A stretch of DNA of 57,067 nucleotides from Octopus bimaculoides. Taxonomy: Eukaryota. Location of the stretch: assembly GCF_001194135.2 (NCBI RefSeq), contig NC_068983.1, positions 14,936,175-14,993,241 of the forward strand, in the 5' to 3' direction. Below the pieces are notes generated by a model, which searched no databases, had not been told where the DNA came from, and saw only the letters and a program-made list of their open reading frames with translations. This document shows, piece after piece, positions 37,970-50,473 of the stretch. A program made the translations under genes and the position numbers. How positions within the stretch are numbered: position 1 is the first letter of the stretch; every line of letters begins with the position of its first letter.

Positions 37970-38125
37970 CAACGGGCTTATTTCAATTTCCGTCTACCAA
38001 ACCCACTCGCAAGGCTTTAGTCGGCTCGAGACTATATTAGACACTTGCCCAAGGTGCCACGCAGTGGGAGTGAGAGTGAACCCGGAACCATGTGGCTGGG
38101 AAAGAAAACTTCTTACCAAACAGCC
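37280..38125 (-). mobile_element. SINE C, both halves, with the internal microsatellite spanning the 37450-37934 gap
   Basis: 5' half at 37970-38125; degenerate 3' half at 37280-37385. Confidence 0.7.
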
Positions 38126-38586
38126 TCATCGAATTATATTTTATGTCTGCTTTTTGGAAATATGTTCTATCGTTCAAAATTTGGCCTCGGTGGGCGTGTT
38201 AGAGAAGATGTGCAATTCCTAATACTTCTGATGGGCCTAATAACAAGATAAACCGATAAAATTTAACATAAATAGAAACAGCCCTTTCAAAATGGAAGCA
38301 AGATACATACAGACGGAAGTTGGAAAGCGCAGCCACAACAATAATTAATAAATATGAATGTATGGTTGTACGTCAGTATGTAAATGTATGGAAATGTTCG
38401 ATACCCCGCAGTTACAATAGTTTCATATCAACAATAATCTTCCTAATCTACAAATTTTTTTTGAGGTAACCATACCTAGTACACAGTACTTAAAATTTAC
38501 ATACTTACATACATACATACATACATGCATGCATACATGTATATATGTATATATATGCATATATATTTATACATACATACATATAT

Positions 38587-38621
<35 letters not shown>

Positions 38622-39796
38622 CACATATATATAGTTATGTGTACATACATATACATAAATATACATATATACATACATACATACATATATAAGATGGCTA
38701 GATTGACAGAGAGAGAGAGAGAGGGGGCGGGTGATAGAGAAATAGTGAGATACAGACGTACATAGAGAGATGGACAGACCGATATTTAAGATATACAATT
38801 ATAATATACATACATGGAGGTAGATAGATGGATATAGATAAATAAAGTCTACACATATCCATATCTGTATATATATATATATATATNNNNNNNNNNNNNN
38901 NNNNNNNNNNNNNNNNNNNNNNNNNNNNNNNNNNNNNNNNNNNNNNNNNNNNNNNNNNNNNNNNNNNNNNNNNNNNNNNNNNNNNNNNNNNNNNNNNNNN
39001 NNNNNNNNNNNNNNNNNNNNNNNNNNNNNNNNNNNNNNNNNNNNNNNNNNNNNNNNNNNNNNNNNNNNNNNNNNNNNNNNNNNNNNNNNNNNNNNNNNNN
39101 NNNNNNNNNNNNNNNNNNNNNNNNNNNNNNNNNNNNNNNNNNNNNNNNNNNNNNNNNNNNNNNNNNNNNNNNNNNNNNNNNNNNNNNNNNNNNNNNNNNN
39201 NNNNNNNNNNNNNNNNNNNNNNNNNNNNNNNNNNNNNNNNNNNNNNNNNNNNNNNNNNNNNNNNNNNNNNNNNNNNNNNNNNNNNNNNNNNNNNNNNNNN
39301 NNTACATATATATTTATATATGTTGTGTGTAAGTGTGTGCATGTACGTATGCATATATGTGAGTATTCAAGATAACTTATTGAAAATCCCGTAAAGGAAA
39401 ATTTGCCTATTTTGATAAGTCTGAATTAATATTCTGATAGAAACACATTCTGGTTTATTAAACTTGTATGAATTCTTTCAAACCGATGTATTTACTTGAA
39501 GTGGGTCTTTGTTTCTACGCTTCTCTGTTTTCTTTTTAGGTCTTTTGATTCCATTACACGTCTCACCTCTTCCCTCTCCTCATTTTCCTTTTACAAATAT
39601 CAATCGTTCTCTCCTCTGTTTTATAGTTTTATCGTATGTCTCGTTTTCTGTCACTCATTTTTCGTTCCTACAAATTATTATATATCACAGAATCCCCTTC
39701 ATCTTGTCTGTCTTCAATTTCTTTTTTTTCTTTTTTTCTTATTTGCCATCAAGACTACGACTTTATTTTTTCCCCAGGATTACTCTACCTATTTTG

Positions 39797-39950
39797 GGGA
39801 GTGAAGTGGCATTGTTTCTAAGGCGTCACTCTCACGATCATAATGTTGCTGGTTCGATTCCTGGAACGGGCAACGCGTTGCATCCTTGAGCAAGTGACTT
39901 GGTTTTACGTTATTCCAGTTTACTCCAATTGAAATGAATCCTAGCCGGGT
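39797..39950 (+). mobile_element. Old SINE B, 5' part
   Basis: B-box GGTTCGATTCC, then CCTTGAGCAAG. Confidence 0.7.
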
Positions 39951-40479
39951 GCTGGGACTATCATATTTCCTTTCGTGTGGGCTATGAATAGAAGGATCAA
40001 GAAAGGGCTTCTATGTTCTTGCAGCTAGAATATGAACCGAAAAACAATGGGTGAAAGCAACATAAATACTACAAGTTACACTCGGTTGCCAACGACTGCT
40101 ATGAAGTATCGAATTTACCATTCTCTTTCGAATGCTAATAATGTGTTTAATGAGAGTCAGGCAGCAATTTGTTACTTTTTTATTTATTTATTCATATATA
40201 TGCATATATCCATACATATATGTATATACCTACATCTATATGTATACATACATGCATATATAGGTACAGACGAAGACGGAAAACGAACTTTTTTTCGAAC
40301 AACGAAAGAAACAAACAGAGAAACGAGACATGCAGCATAAAGAATATTTCCCTTCATCAGTTGTCCCTGTCCATCTACTACGCGTTCCGAAGGCAAGGAC
40401 AATACGAGACTTCGCTGGAACAGTTCTTCCCACAAAGCAAATTAAATAAAATTTGAATATATATATATATATTTGCTTG

Positions 40480-40975
40480 TTATAATCATTGGACTGCAAC
40501 CCTGTTGGCACATAACCTTGAAGTCATTAGTGGAGGAAATTGTCCTCATTACTGATTTGTAAGATTGGTACTTATTCTATTGATCTCTAATGCCGAATCA
40601 CCAAGTTACTAATATCAGTAGGCAAACGGCTGGGCAGCCATACATATGAACATACATCCGCCCCACGCATGCACACACACGCACGCACAGACGCACACAT
40701 ACCCACCTATATATAAGTACATATTTATACACATATATGCATGTATATATACGTGTGTGTGTGTATGTATGTGTGTATATATGAGTAAGTGCGTGTGTAT
40801 GTGTGTGTGTGCACGTACATGACGGCTTCCATATAGATACTGTCTAGCAAAATTCAGTCACAATGCATCAGGTCCTTCCGGGGCTATATTAGAAGCCACT
40901 AGACCAAGGTATCGCGCAGTTGGTTTGAATACAAAACAACATGGTCGCAAATCAAGTTTCTTAACCACAGACCCA
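40480..40975 (-). mobile_element. Old full SINE C with internal (CA)/(TG) tract
   Basis: GGTACTTATTCTATTGATCTC..GCCGAA (3' half) and ATTAGAAGCCACTAGACCAAGG (5' half) flank the microsatellite. Confidence 0.6.
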
Positions 40976-42089
40976 TGATCACATTCAATCTAACGTATTG
41001 ATTCTTTGCTATATTCGCAATACTGATATTTAACTTCTTTTTTGGCTTAGAAGCTTCTCATCGCTTCAGCTTCAATTTTTGCTTCTTTAAATGCGTAAGA
41101 ATTGTATGAGAATGTTGTATTTCCAAATACAACAAAAAATTTGGTTTATATTACACTAAGCTCGATGACTTATTTCTAAACGCTGAAGAAACTAGCATTA
41201 ATAATTCTCCCGTTGGTATTAACTATGTTAACGACGTGTATTGAACTTAACTGTCTTCGTGTTTAACGTCTTCCTAATACTTTGTGTATCTTTATTGGGT
41301 TTCTGAAGAGGTTCATAGACACTGCTCTCTATCTTATGTCCAAACGAGAAATAAATTAAACTAGATTTATTCTAAACTCAGTTAAACTGAGAGCGACATT
41401 CACTTTATATCTTACATCATATTACAACTTCAAATATTGATTTCATCTCACTTGACGCCACATCAATTTCTTTTTCTAGAAGAGTTGATATAGTAGATTA
41501 ATCATCATCGCAATCAAGATCCTGATCATTCTCCCTGTCATAGTGGTGAACATGATCGACAACAACGCACAACCAAAAGCCTCAACATCTTTAGATTCAG
41601 ATGTTAGAACTCCCAGCATTTCACACGATCTTAGAGCTAGCTAATATATGTGGAGAATTCTTGATTTTAGAGATTATCTTCCTTTCTGAAGTAGAGCTAG
41701 TTGTGATTGCCATTTGGTAATTAAGACACCACGTCTAGGAGGGACGGGGAGATAATTATAATAAATCAAGAGTTTATGCTGTATAGCATTTGACAAATCT
41801 CTAATTAGTTCAAGTACTGGTCACTGTGATCGCAAATATTGGGTCCCGGCCGGGGTGCGGTTTTCGGACTCTTAACCCGGCGGGGGGTCGCTGCATGGCC
41901 ACACATTGACACCCGTCCACCACGGGTGAGGTGAGGGTCTACGTACAATTGCGGGACCTCCGACTTTCGTGGACGAGCCGACCGTCCAGGGGGAACAACC
42001 TCGCTCTCCTCTTGCTTATTTTTGCATAGTTTGTTGTAATCTCACACCGGTTTCGCTATATTTGCAGTTATTTACTGAAGTGGACAATA

Positions 42090-42893
42090 TACGAAAATTG
42101 ACTGTAAAGTTTCTTAGGCTGACAAAGATACTCTCATGAGATGTGAACATATGAGACTTATTTCTCAACATAGTCCCCCCTTGCGGTCCACACTTCTCCC
42201 ATCGGTCTTGTAGTGATTGGATACAATTGATGAAGAAACTTTCATCTTGCTGGTAAAGAAAAACGTCATCAACAGCAGATATAACGTCATCAACAGCAGC
42301 TATAACGTCATCAACAGCAGGTATAACGTCATCATCACTGCGATACTGGTTCCCAGTCGAGCGTTCTCCCCCCCCCCCTGTTGGGGAACAAGTGATAGCC
42401 AAATGAGGAGAATAGATAAGGGGTGCAACCAGTCCAATTCCGCACATGCGCACAGCAGCCAGTGAAAGCAGGGGCTTGTATGCTGGAGCATTTTCCTGAT
42501 GAAGCAGGTCTAATTTCTTTAGTTTTCGCGATAACGTTTCGTACCTCCCTCAGCAAATTCCTATACTGCTCTCTATTGATGGTGAGATTTGTTTAAAGAT
42601 AGTCAATAAATACAATGCCTTTTACATCCCCCAAACCTGAGGTTATCACCTTCGACGCCGAAGAAATGATTTGGGCCTTTTTGGAGCAGGTGAGGATGGG
42701 TGTTTTCACTTCATGGATTGTCTCTTTGTCTCTGGCTCAAACTGATGAACTCAACACTCATCCTGGGTTAGGACCCACGTGCTGTGTACTTAGCGGAATG
42801 AGACAGAAACGAGTGGGAGCTGCATTCTAGATACCGATGCTTTGGATTCACCGATTAGACATTCAGCCTTGTTTTGGCAACAATATGTTTTGA
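42090..42893 (-). pseudogene. Mariner transposon, 3' two-thirds including TIR; catalytic domain inactivated
   Basis: LTQDEC*VHQFEPETKRQSM, KGIVFIDYL, HQENAPAY, IYSPHLA (third Asp deleted), QQDESFF..QDRWEKC; terminus ends in ..TCGTA at 42090. Confidence 0.88.
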
Positions 42894-43646
42894 CACACAA
42901 ATATACACGCACGCACGCGCAGGAATATGCAAATACAGAAATAAATTTGAGGCAGTAACATTACGTATACATATACAAACCTAACTACATGCTCTTACAC
43001 ATACACAAAGTGAGGTCACAAGAGAGGGAAGGGATGGGATGGAAAGAGAAGAAGAGAGAGAAAGGGAGGAGGGAGTTAAGGAGGAAGTGAAAGGAACATG
43101 GGGAGAGAATTAAAAAAGAAAGATATATCAAAACGTATGATGTTAAACAAGTCGGCGTCGAATCAACGGCATCATATAAGCGGCGCCAAATGAATATGCC
43201 AAAACGTCTCATACCAGGCAGTTAGATCGAAATTAGGACAAGCAAAGCTTTTTAACTACTCAGTCTTATCTTCATGTGATTCATTTAATGCTCCGGCAAA
43301 TTGTATACAAGAACGAGTTTTCCGCTTAAGAAAATAACTTCTAATCATTTACTGACATTCTGAATATCTCAAGTGTGATGCACATTAGACTGCATCATTC
43401 ACTGAACAGCTAAGGTGGTGATGAAGTACAAGAGAGTAATAAATAAAGCGTCGGGAATTATGTCGGTATCTAACCTCCATCTCTCACTGTTGACAGGGAC
43501 GTGTATATCGAATGCATGAACATTTGCACACAAATATATACACATATATATAAACACACACTCAGCGAGAAAAAAGGTGGACAGACCGAGATAAAGGTAG
43601 ATAGAGAGAGAGTAAAAATAAAGAGATAAGGAATTCTTTATACAAG

Positions 43647-43691
<45 letters not shown>

Positions 43692-43779
43692 TGTTGTTGT
43701 TTTGTTCGTAAATTCTTCCATATATAATACACGCTCACGTGGTCGCACCAGCTAATCCTGTCTCTACTCATCAGACACG

Positions 43780-44141
43780 AACTTCTGGATTCTACCTTCT
43801 TTCATTCTGGATTTATTCATTCTGGACTGTTTTATTCTGAACTCTACACTCTCCGGCTGCACCTCTCCTACCCACGGATTACTCTGGCCCTATCTACTGA
43901 TTTGGAATCGCCTCAATATACCACGACGTCCAAAACGTTTGAACTTTTGAACTTTTCGACTTATGTGTTCAATCCTTCCATCCTGCCCTCCACTTCTCCT
44001 GCACTATCTCTGACACCTCTGTACCCTTTCTTGCTGTTGAAGAGCGTAGCTCGAAACGTTAAAGACTTTCTCTATTCCCGAGCGTTAAACTAATACATCC
44101 TTTTGCTTCGTCTGTTGTTGCTTTTTTCGTACATTCTCCCA
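43780..44141 (+). mobile_element. Family F PLE-type terminal repeat
   Basis: 44020-44141 aligns with 50240-50364. The upstream boundary is uncertain. Confidence 0.7.
44029..44065 (+). ncRNA. Hammerhead-like motif with CUGUUGA core (family F)
   Basis: CTGTTGA-A-GAGC(gta)GCTC-GAAA-CGTT-AAAGA; stem I partly lost. Confidence 0.5.
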
Positions 44142-45014
44142 NNNNNNNNNNNNNNNNNNNNNNNNNNNNNNNNNNNNNNNNNNNNNNNNNNNNNNNNNNN
44201 NNNNNNNNNNNNNNNNNNNNNNNNNNNNNNNNNNNNNNNNNNNNNNNNNNNNNNNNNNNNNNNNNNNNNNNNNNNNNNNTGTGTGTGTGCGCGTGTGTGT
44301 GTGTGTGGTGCGATTGAACAACTGTGAAAATCTCTTTATATGAAATCATTGGTAGCCCTCTAAACCCACAGTTATATAAAATATGTAAGTGTGCCTGTGC
44401 AAGTGTGTGTAGTAAAGCAAACATTTGATTGTCAGCTTAGTGTAATAAGCCAGCTAGAAGTAGCGATACTTTGTTTTTTAGATTACTTACTTTTATTTTA
44501 CAGGATTTCCTTCAGGCTTAGATCGACCCTAAATCTCAATGTTCAGAATACACCGAGGTGGTTGATGTAGATTAATACACCAATGCACAACAATCGAGAA
44601 ATTGAATACAGACCAATGAACAAAGGCGTTCACATTTGTTTCGTATATATTCAGAATGAACACTGACTAACTTGTCCTTGTGTGATTATATATAGTATGG
44701 TGTGATTTGAGGAGCGATTTCGTTGTTATTCTTAGCAAACTGAGTAAATGCGTATAGGTTCCATCACTGATTCATGCTTTCTTTACCAGAGGCATTAACA
44801 AATAGAAATATAGCCTAGATATTGTCTATACCAGGCATCGGCAATATTTTTCGAGAAATGGACCGCTTGATACCTGGCACGTCATCAGGTGGGCCGTACT
44901 ACAAAAAATCTGAAGGCAATTTTTCGTTAGGCGTGCCATTGAGAAAATCCTGTGGGCCTAAGGTGTGCCTATGAGTGGTCTATATAAATTTGTTTATATT
45001 CAATTAGTTAGTGA

Positions 45015-45200
45015 TATCCAATCTTGGCGCAAGGCCAGCAATTTGGAGGCGGGTTGAGTCAATTATATCGACCCCAATGCTCAACTGGCGCTTATTTTAT
45101 CGACTTCGATTGACGAAGGGCAAAGTCGACCACGATGGGATTTGAACACCGCCAAACATTTTGTCCTTGTGCTAACGATTGTGTCAGCTCGCTGCCTTAT
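45015..45200 (-). mobile_element. Old SINE A copy
   Basis: TTATATCGACCCC, GGCAAAGTCGACC, GCTAACGATT..CAGCTCGCTGCC. Confidence 0.75.
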
Positions 45201-45296
45201 ATATTCAGTTAGGTATTATTTTCTAATATAGGCAGGAAATTAGAGATTTAGATACGGCGGCTATGTACTATGGTCGATTATATCGACTATGCTACA

Positions 45297-46741
45297 CGCG
45301 GGGGTGCCCAAAGTAACCGGAAATGTTCTCTGTGGGGCAAGACAGTTGTAATTCAGTTGTAATTCAAATTTCCGCCGCTAGAAACCACTTGATGCGACCC
45401 TTGGGCATCAGTATGCCGACCGGCATCGTCGTGCGAGGTCGTACTGTCACGTGGTGCGTCAGTGTTTTGCAGTGCTTCTCTCCTGTTCTTCGATTTTTGC
45501 GATGGCTGGAACGAAGGAATAGCGTGCTTCCAGGAAATTCTGTTACCCGCTGGGGANNNNNNNNNNNNNNNNNNNNNNNNNNNNNNNNNNNNNNNNNNNN
45601 NNNNNNNNNNNNNNNNNNNNNNNNNNNNNNNNNNNNNNNNNNNNNNNNNNNNNNNNNNNNNNNNNNNNNNNNNNNNNNNNNNNNNNNNGGTGGGGGGATG
45701 GGAGTGAGGGAGTGGGGGATGCGTGTGTGGGAGATGTTAGTGGGAAAAACAGTTATCATGCTTCAAACAGCTTACAAGGAAGCTGCCGTGAGCAAAACAT
45801 AAGTTTATGAGTGGTTTTCTCGCTTTAGGAATGGTCACATGTTGCTTGCAGATCTACCTCGTCCAAGGCGACCATCAACCTCTACTATTGCCGAACAAGT
45901 GGCGAAGTTGTTGACATGACCGGTGTGTTCTGGAACTCCTGCCAACTGATTTTGAGCGAAGAATTTTGCGAATGGAAAAAGGTGCCGCAAAATCTGTGCC
46001 GCGCTTGCTCACGGAAGATCAAAAGCAGTCACCACTGAATGCATGTTCTGAACTGAAAGGACAGCTGGAAATTGATCCGGACCTGTTTTCGAACACCGAT
46101 GATGAAAGCTGGTGCTACGGCTATGACCTGGAAACGATAGTCTATGAGAGCATTAAATGTCAACGCCTCCCAGAAAAGCGCGTCAAATGAAGTTCAATGT
46201 CAAGAAAATACTGGTTTATTTCATCGATGCAAAAGGAATTGTCCACACAGAATATGTTCCACCTGGTCAAACTGTTAACCAGGCATTTTACTTGCGAGTT
46301 CTGAAACGTTTGCGAGACGTGATGAGACGAAAACGCCCCGATCTGTGGCAACGTGGAGAGTGGCGGTTTCATCAAGACAATGCGCCTGCGCACATCGCCT
46401 TGAGTGTGAGACAGTTTTCAACCAAAAATGCATGACGCCGCTTACCCACCTTCCGTATGCACCCGATCTTGCTCACTGCGGCTTTCTTTTCGTTCTCTGG
46501 AATGAAAAAAGTCTTTGAACGAAAACGCGTTGTAGATGGTGAAGAGGTGCAGATAAAAAACGACAGAGGCGTTAGAAGACATCACTTCACAAGAGTTCCA
46601 GGACTGCTTCAAACAGTAGAAAACGTGTTTAGACCGATGCACTGCTTCAAATGGAGAATACTGTGAAGGTGATAAAAGTGTAAACGTGTAAAAGTAAGAT
46701 AATATTGCAAAATTCCCGTTTCTTTTGAGTATCCTCTCGTA
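45297..46741 (+). mobile_element. Near full-length mariner (DD34D) transposon, decayed
   Basis: Imperfect TIRs at 45297-45324 and 46712-46739 with TA at 46740-46741. The transposase relic runs 45502-46683: DESWCYGYD, HQDNAPAH, PYAPDLAHC(G), with 34 residues between the second Asp and the mutated third Asp, and GEYCEGD. There is a gap plus G-rich insertion in the HTH. Confidence 0.92.
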
Positions 46742-47041
46742 TGAGTGATCTTATAGTTTATCCGCCTTGCAAAGATTAATAACAAAGTGGTCTTTCGTTG
46801 CATTTGAACTAATGGTCTAAATATTTGTACCACAATAGCCAATTGGTCTGCGACTTCATTTAAGCATATTCAAATCAGAGATTAGCCTGAGCGTTTGCAA
46901 GAGAATTGACAAAACTAAAGACAGTGCTATTAAACCGGGTGGTGTATTAAATCTACCATTCAGGGGTAATTAGAATCCATAAAATGGATTTCTGCAGTTT
47001 ACGTTTAACCATTTTCCCCTCGCGTTATTTGAGATAATTCA

Positions 47042-47258
47042 GAAGGCGGCGACCTGACACGATCGTTAGCACACCGGACAAAATGAATGGTGGAATTTCG
47101 TTCGTATTTCCATTCTTAGTTCAAATTCCGCCTAGGTCAACTTTGCTTTCATCATTTCGGAGTTCGATAAAATAAGTACCAGTTAAACACTGGGATCGAT
47201 GCAATCAACTAAACCCATCCGAAACTGCTGGCTTCGTGTCATAATTTGAAACCAATAT
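47042..47258 (+). mobile_element. SINE A copy
   Basis: AAGGCGGCGACCTG head, TAGTTCAAATTCC B-box, TAAGTACCAGTT. Confidence 0.8.
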
Positions 47259-47905
47259 TTTAGTCGATCCGAGGGTATAGTAAATAATATATTTTCAAGG
47301 TGGCGCGCAGTTGGATAGATCCTAGATCCCCGAGAATGCAAAAGTGAACTCCTTCACACGGCCATGCCAGTTACACAACTGCTGTCTGTATAAATATCGC
47401 TGACAGTCTAAGTGTTATTGGAATAGCAAAACTCTTAATAAACATTTTTCAATCACGTCGCATGACACTAAGTTAGACAGAAACTGTAAATTAAATAAAT
47501 TTCTGAATCTCAGACAAAATATAAAGCTAAAACTACCGAAGAAATTCTCATTAATTTTGAAAATCTTTTTTTTTTTTTCTTCTTAATACAGAAGTACCCC
47601 AGGTAATGAAAAAAAATAAAGAAACATAAACAAAACCAAAAGCAGAGAGTTCAAACGACATAAAGTTAACAGGCGCACAGGTTGAAACATTCCTGACACA
47701 ACGGCCTATGAGGATTCATTACTATACGAACGTATTAAATGCATTGTATAAAATTACAAACATACATTTATAAATTTCAGCGGCCATTTATTATGTATTT
47801 TTTTTCTTTTAATATCTAACGCATCAGGTAATCAATTAATCCTTGAAAATTAATTACAGCTTTAGAAAGAAATTGATACGGGACATTTTATTATTAAGAT
47901 GATTC

Positions 47906-47971
<66 letters not shown>

Positions 47972-48362
47972 NNNNNNNNNNNNNNNNNNNNNNNNNNNNN
48001 NNNNNNNNNNNNNNNNNNNNNNNNNNNNNNNNNNNNNNNNNNNNNNNNNNNNNNNNNNNNNNNNNNNNNNNNNNNNNNNNNNNNNNNNNNNNNNNNNNNN
48101 NNNNNNNNNNNNNNNNNNNNNNNNNNNNNNNNNNNNNNNNNNNNNNNNNNNNNNNNNNNNNNNNNNNNNNNNNNNGTCACAAAAGTGACTAGCACCGCTT
48201 TTGCAAAAATGATTTAAAACAACTGCGTTTGTGGCTTTTTGAGTTGTTTTAACTCTTATTTTTCGCAAGTATTTTGCTAGTCAATATCCTCTATCACTTT
48301 TGTGAACTCTATTAATTTTGCCTTTAGGTTCCAATTGCTAATAAGGCACCCTTTTTAATTTC

Positions 48363-48368
<6 letters not shown>

Positions 48369-48437
<69 letters not shown>
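48369..48437. repeat. (ATA)n microsatellite
   Basis: Directly visible. Confidence 0.95.
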
Positions 48438-48656
48438 GTAGGCATCAACACATGAACAAAATAAATTAAACGAACGTTTATAAACCGGGGATACAGATAA
48501 TAGAGGCAGTCCCTCCACACACACGCACTTACTAAACAGAGACAGACATAGGGGTATACGCGTGTGCAAATAAAGACACATACAATAGAAATACAAAATA
48601 CAAAATGGCTGATCGTTAGTAAGGAAAGACACACAAATAAGAAAGAAGAAAGCAAC

Positions 48657-48700
48657 GGTCCACTGATGAGGTCACAGAAATGTGGCGAAAGTACTTTGCC
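48657..48700 (+). ncRNA. Hammerhead motif with GAAA-capped stem II
   Basis: CTGATGA(48663-48669)-G-GTCACA(gaaa)TGTGGC-GAAA(48687-48690)-GTACT-T. Palindromic AGUACU stem III; stem I weak. Confidence 0.65.
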
Positions 48701-48844
48701 CGAAATACGATTAATGTAAAAAATGCAATAAAGCTGAAGCAAACTAACACCAAATATATAGTGCGTGTGTTTTATTGGCTAAAATGGTAACATGACCGTC
48801 CCCAAATACATCTATAGGAATCTGAAACGTTGAAGAGAGAGGGT

Positions 48845-48885
48845 AAGTCACTGAAGAGGTCGAAATTCGCGACGAAATGTCATTT
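48845..48885 (+). ncRNA. Second, diverged hammerhead motif 188 nt downstream
   Basis: CTGAAGA(48851-48857)-G-GTCG(aaattcg)CGAC-GAAA(48874-48877)-TGTC; stem I not recoverable. Confidence 0.5.
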
Positions 48886-49046
48886 AAATAACAAGCAACA
48901 GTCTGCTCACTTAACCAACACATGAAGCAAACTGACTATGAATAAAGAAGTGATATTGAATCAGTGCGCGTGTCATTATCATTGGCGTAATGACCCTCCC
49001 ACGACACAAAATAGATATATACGTGTGTGTGTACGTGTGTGTATGA

Positions 49047-49119
<73 letters not shown>

Positions 49120-49323
49120 TGTGTGTACGTGTGAGTGGTGGAACGGAAGAAAAATCTCTGAACATATTTACTAGGAGCTACGTTTATTGTTATTTAATGC
49201 AGTTTGATTTGGTCCTTTGCGACTTAAAGTTTCGCAGGCTTCTAACACAAACCTAGCTAGATCAGGTTCAGATTAAATAATCTGAGCCGGGACGAAATAG
49301 ATCTCTGTTAGAATCCTGCGAGA

Positions 49324-49324
<1 letters not shown>

Positions 49325-49418
<94 letters not shown>
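49325..49418. repeat. (GA)n microsatellite followed by decayed (TGAG/TGAA)n
   Basis: Directly visible. Confidence 0.95.
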
Positions 49419-49422
<4 letters not shown>

Positions 49423-50194
49423 CAAGCCAGTAAATGGATGAATGAGTGAGGGATGAAAGGATCGAAGGAGCGAACGCATGAGTGAATAAATGAGTTACTG
49501 AATAAGTGAGTGAATGAGTGGGTGAGTGATTGAGTGAGTGAGTGAATGAGCGAAAGAAAGAGAGAAAGAGGGAGAATAGGAATTATTTATACAAGCACAT
49601 ACATCATATATAATTTGTACGTGAGTGTGTCTCTGTACACATGTACTAATGAAACTTTTTGATTGATCACACACCGCAGGTAGCTAGTTATAGAGATAGC
49701 TATTTTAGATTAGTTCTATGTAATTGTATGTAATATTGTTCAGAGACAATATTTATAACGGACCAAGAGATATTTTAATTATTTCTCTCAGCAGGATTTG
49801 CACGGAAGCAACTGTGCATAATTTCTTATCGTACCGTTCGTTCTAAGCAAGATATTCTGTAACTGAATAATACCAAATAGCAAAAATATAGAATTTGAGG
49901 TACTTCCATGACTGTCAGATTAACTGCAGTATTCGAAAAGAGTTAATTATAAACATGTCTATACCAATTGTTTTATATACGTTTATGCGTGCAAGTATGT
50001 ATGTATCTATGTATGCATCTGTGTATATATATTTATATATATATATATATATATATCATCCTTTTTTACCTTACTTTCCTTCACCTACCGTCTCTATCTC
50101 CCCCTTTCTTAGCTCTCCTGAAATAAGAATTTCTAACTTCCGGTCAGTCATTGTTATGATCGGCCATTATTATGATTGACCGTTGACTGAACAC

Positions 50195-50364
50195 TATTCA
50201 ATTTTTTTTCTCCGTGTTTTTCTCCTTGTCTCCGTATTCTTTCTGTTGAAGAGCGTAGCTCGAAACGTCAAAGACTTTCCGTATTCCCGAGCGTCATACT
50301 AATATATACTTTTGTTATTTACACCACCTGTCCTCGTCTGTTGTTATTTTTTGTATATTCTCCC
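50195..50364 (+). mobile_element. Family F PLE-type terminal repeat, ending in (TA)n
   Basis: Shares blocks with 3714-3796, 44020-44141 and the reverse complement of 55280-55360. Confidence 0.85.
50238..50274 (+). ncRNA. Best family F hammerhead-like motif, non-canonical core
   Basis: TCTTT-CTGTTGA-A-GAGC(gta)GCTC-GAAA-CGTC-AAAGA: perfect 5-bp stem I, 4-bp stem II, GUC triplet. Confidence 0.65.
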
Positions 50365-50431
50365 ATATATATATATATATATATATATGTACATATATAC
50401 GTATATATATAAGTATATATATGTATGCATG

Positions 50432-50473
<42 letters not shown>

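Noticed and set aside
40380-40425. Minus-strand GAAG..CTTC-GGAACGCGT resembling a PLE hammerhead
   Set aside because: Both core segments are mutated; at most a relic.
41303-41350. CTGAAGA-GG..CC-AAACG
   Set aside because: The G of GAAA is missing and the stems are irregular.
41000-41830. Acidic, coding-like minus-strand stretch
   Set aside because: Many stops and no identifiable motif.
42496-42750. CTGATGA hammerhead cores at 42496 and ~42744
   Set aside because: They are the antisense of mariner codons, with no stem II/GAAA geometry.
48180-48300. Minus-strand EDID..VKTTQKATNAVV..FC resembling a Crypton/DUF3504 N-terminus
   Set aside because: Short, needs a frameshift, and is truncated by a gap; too weak without a search.
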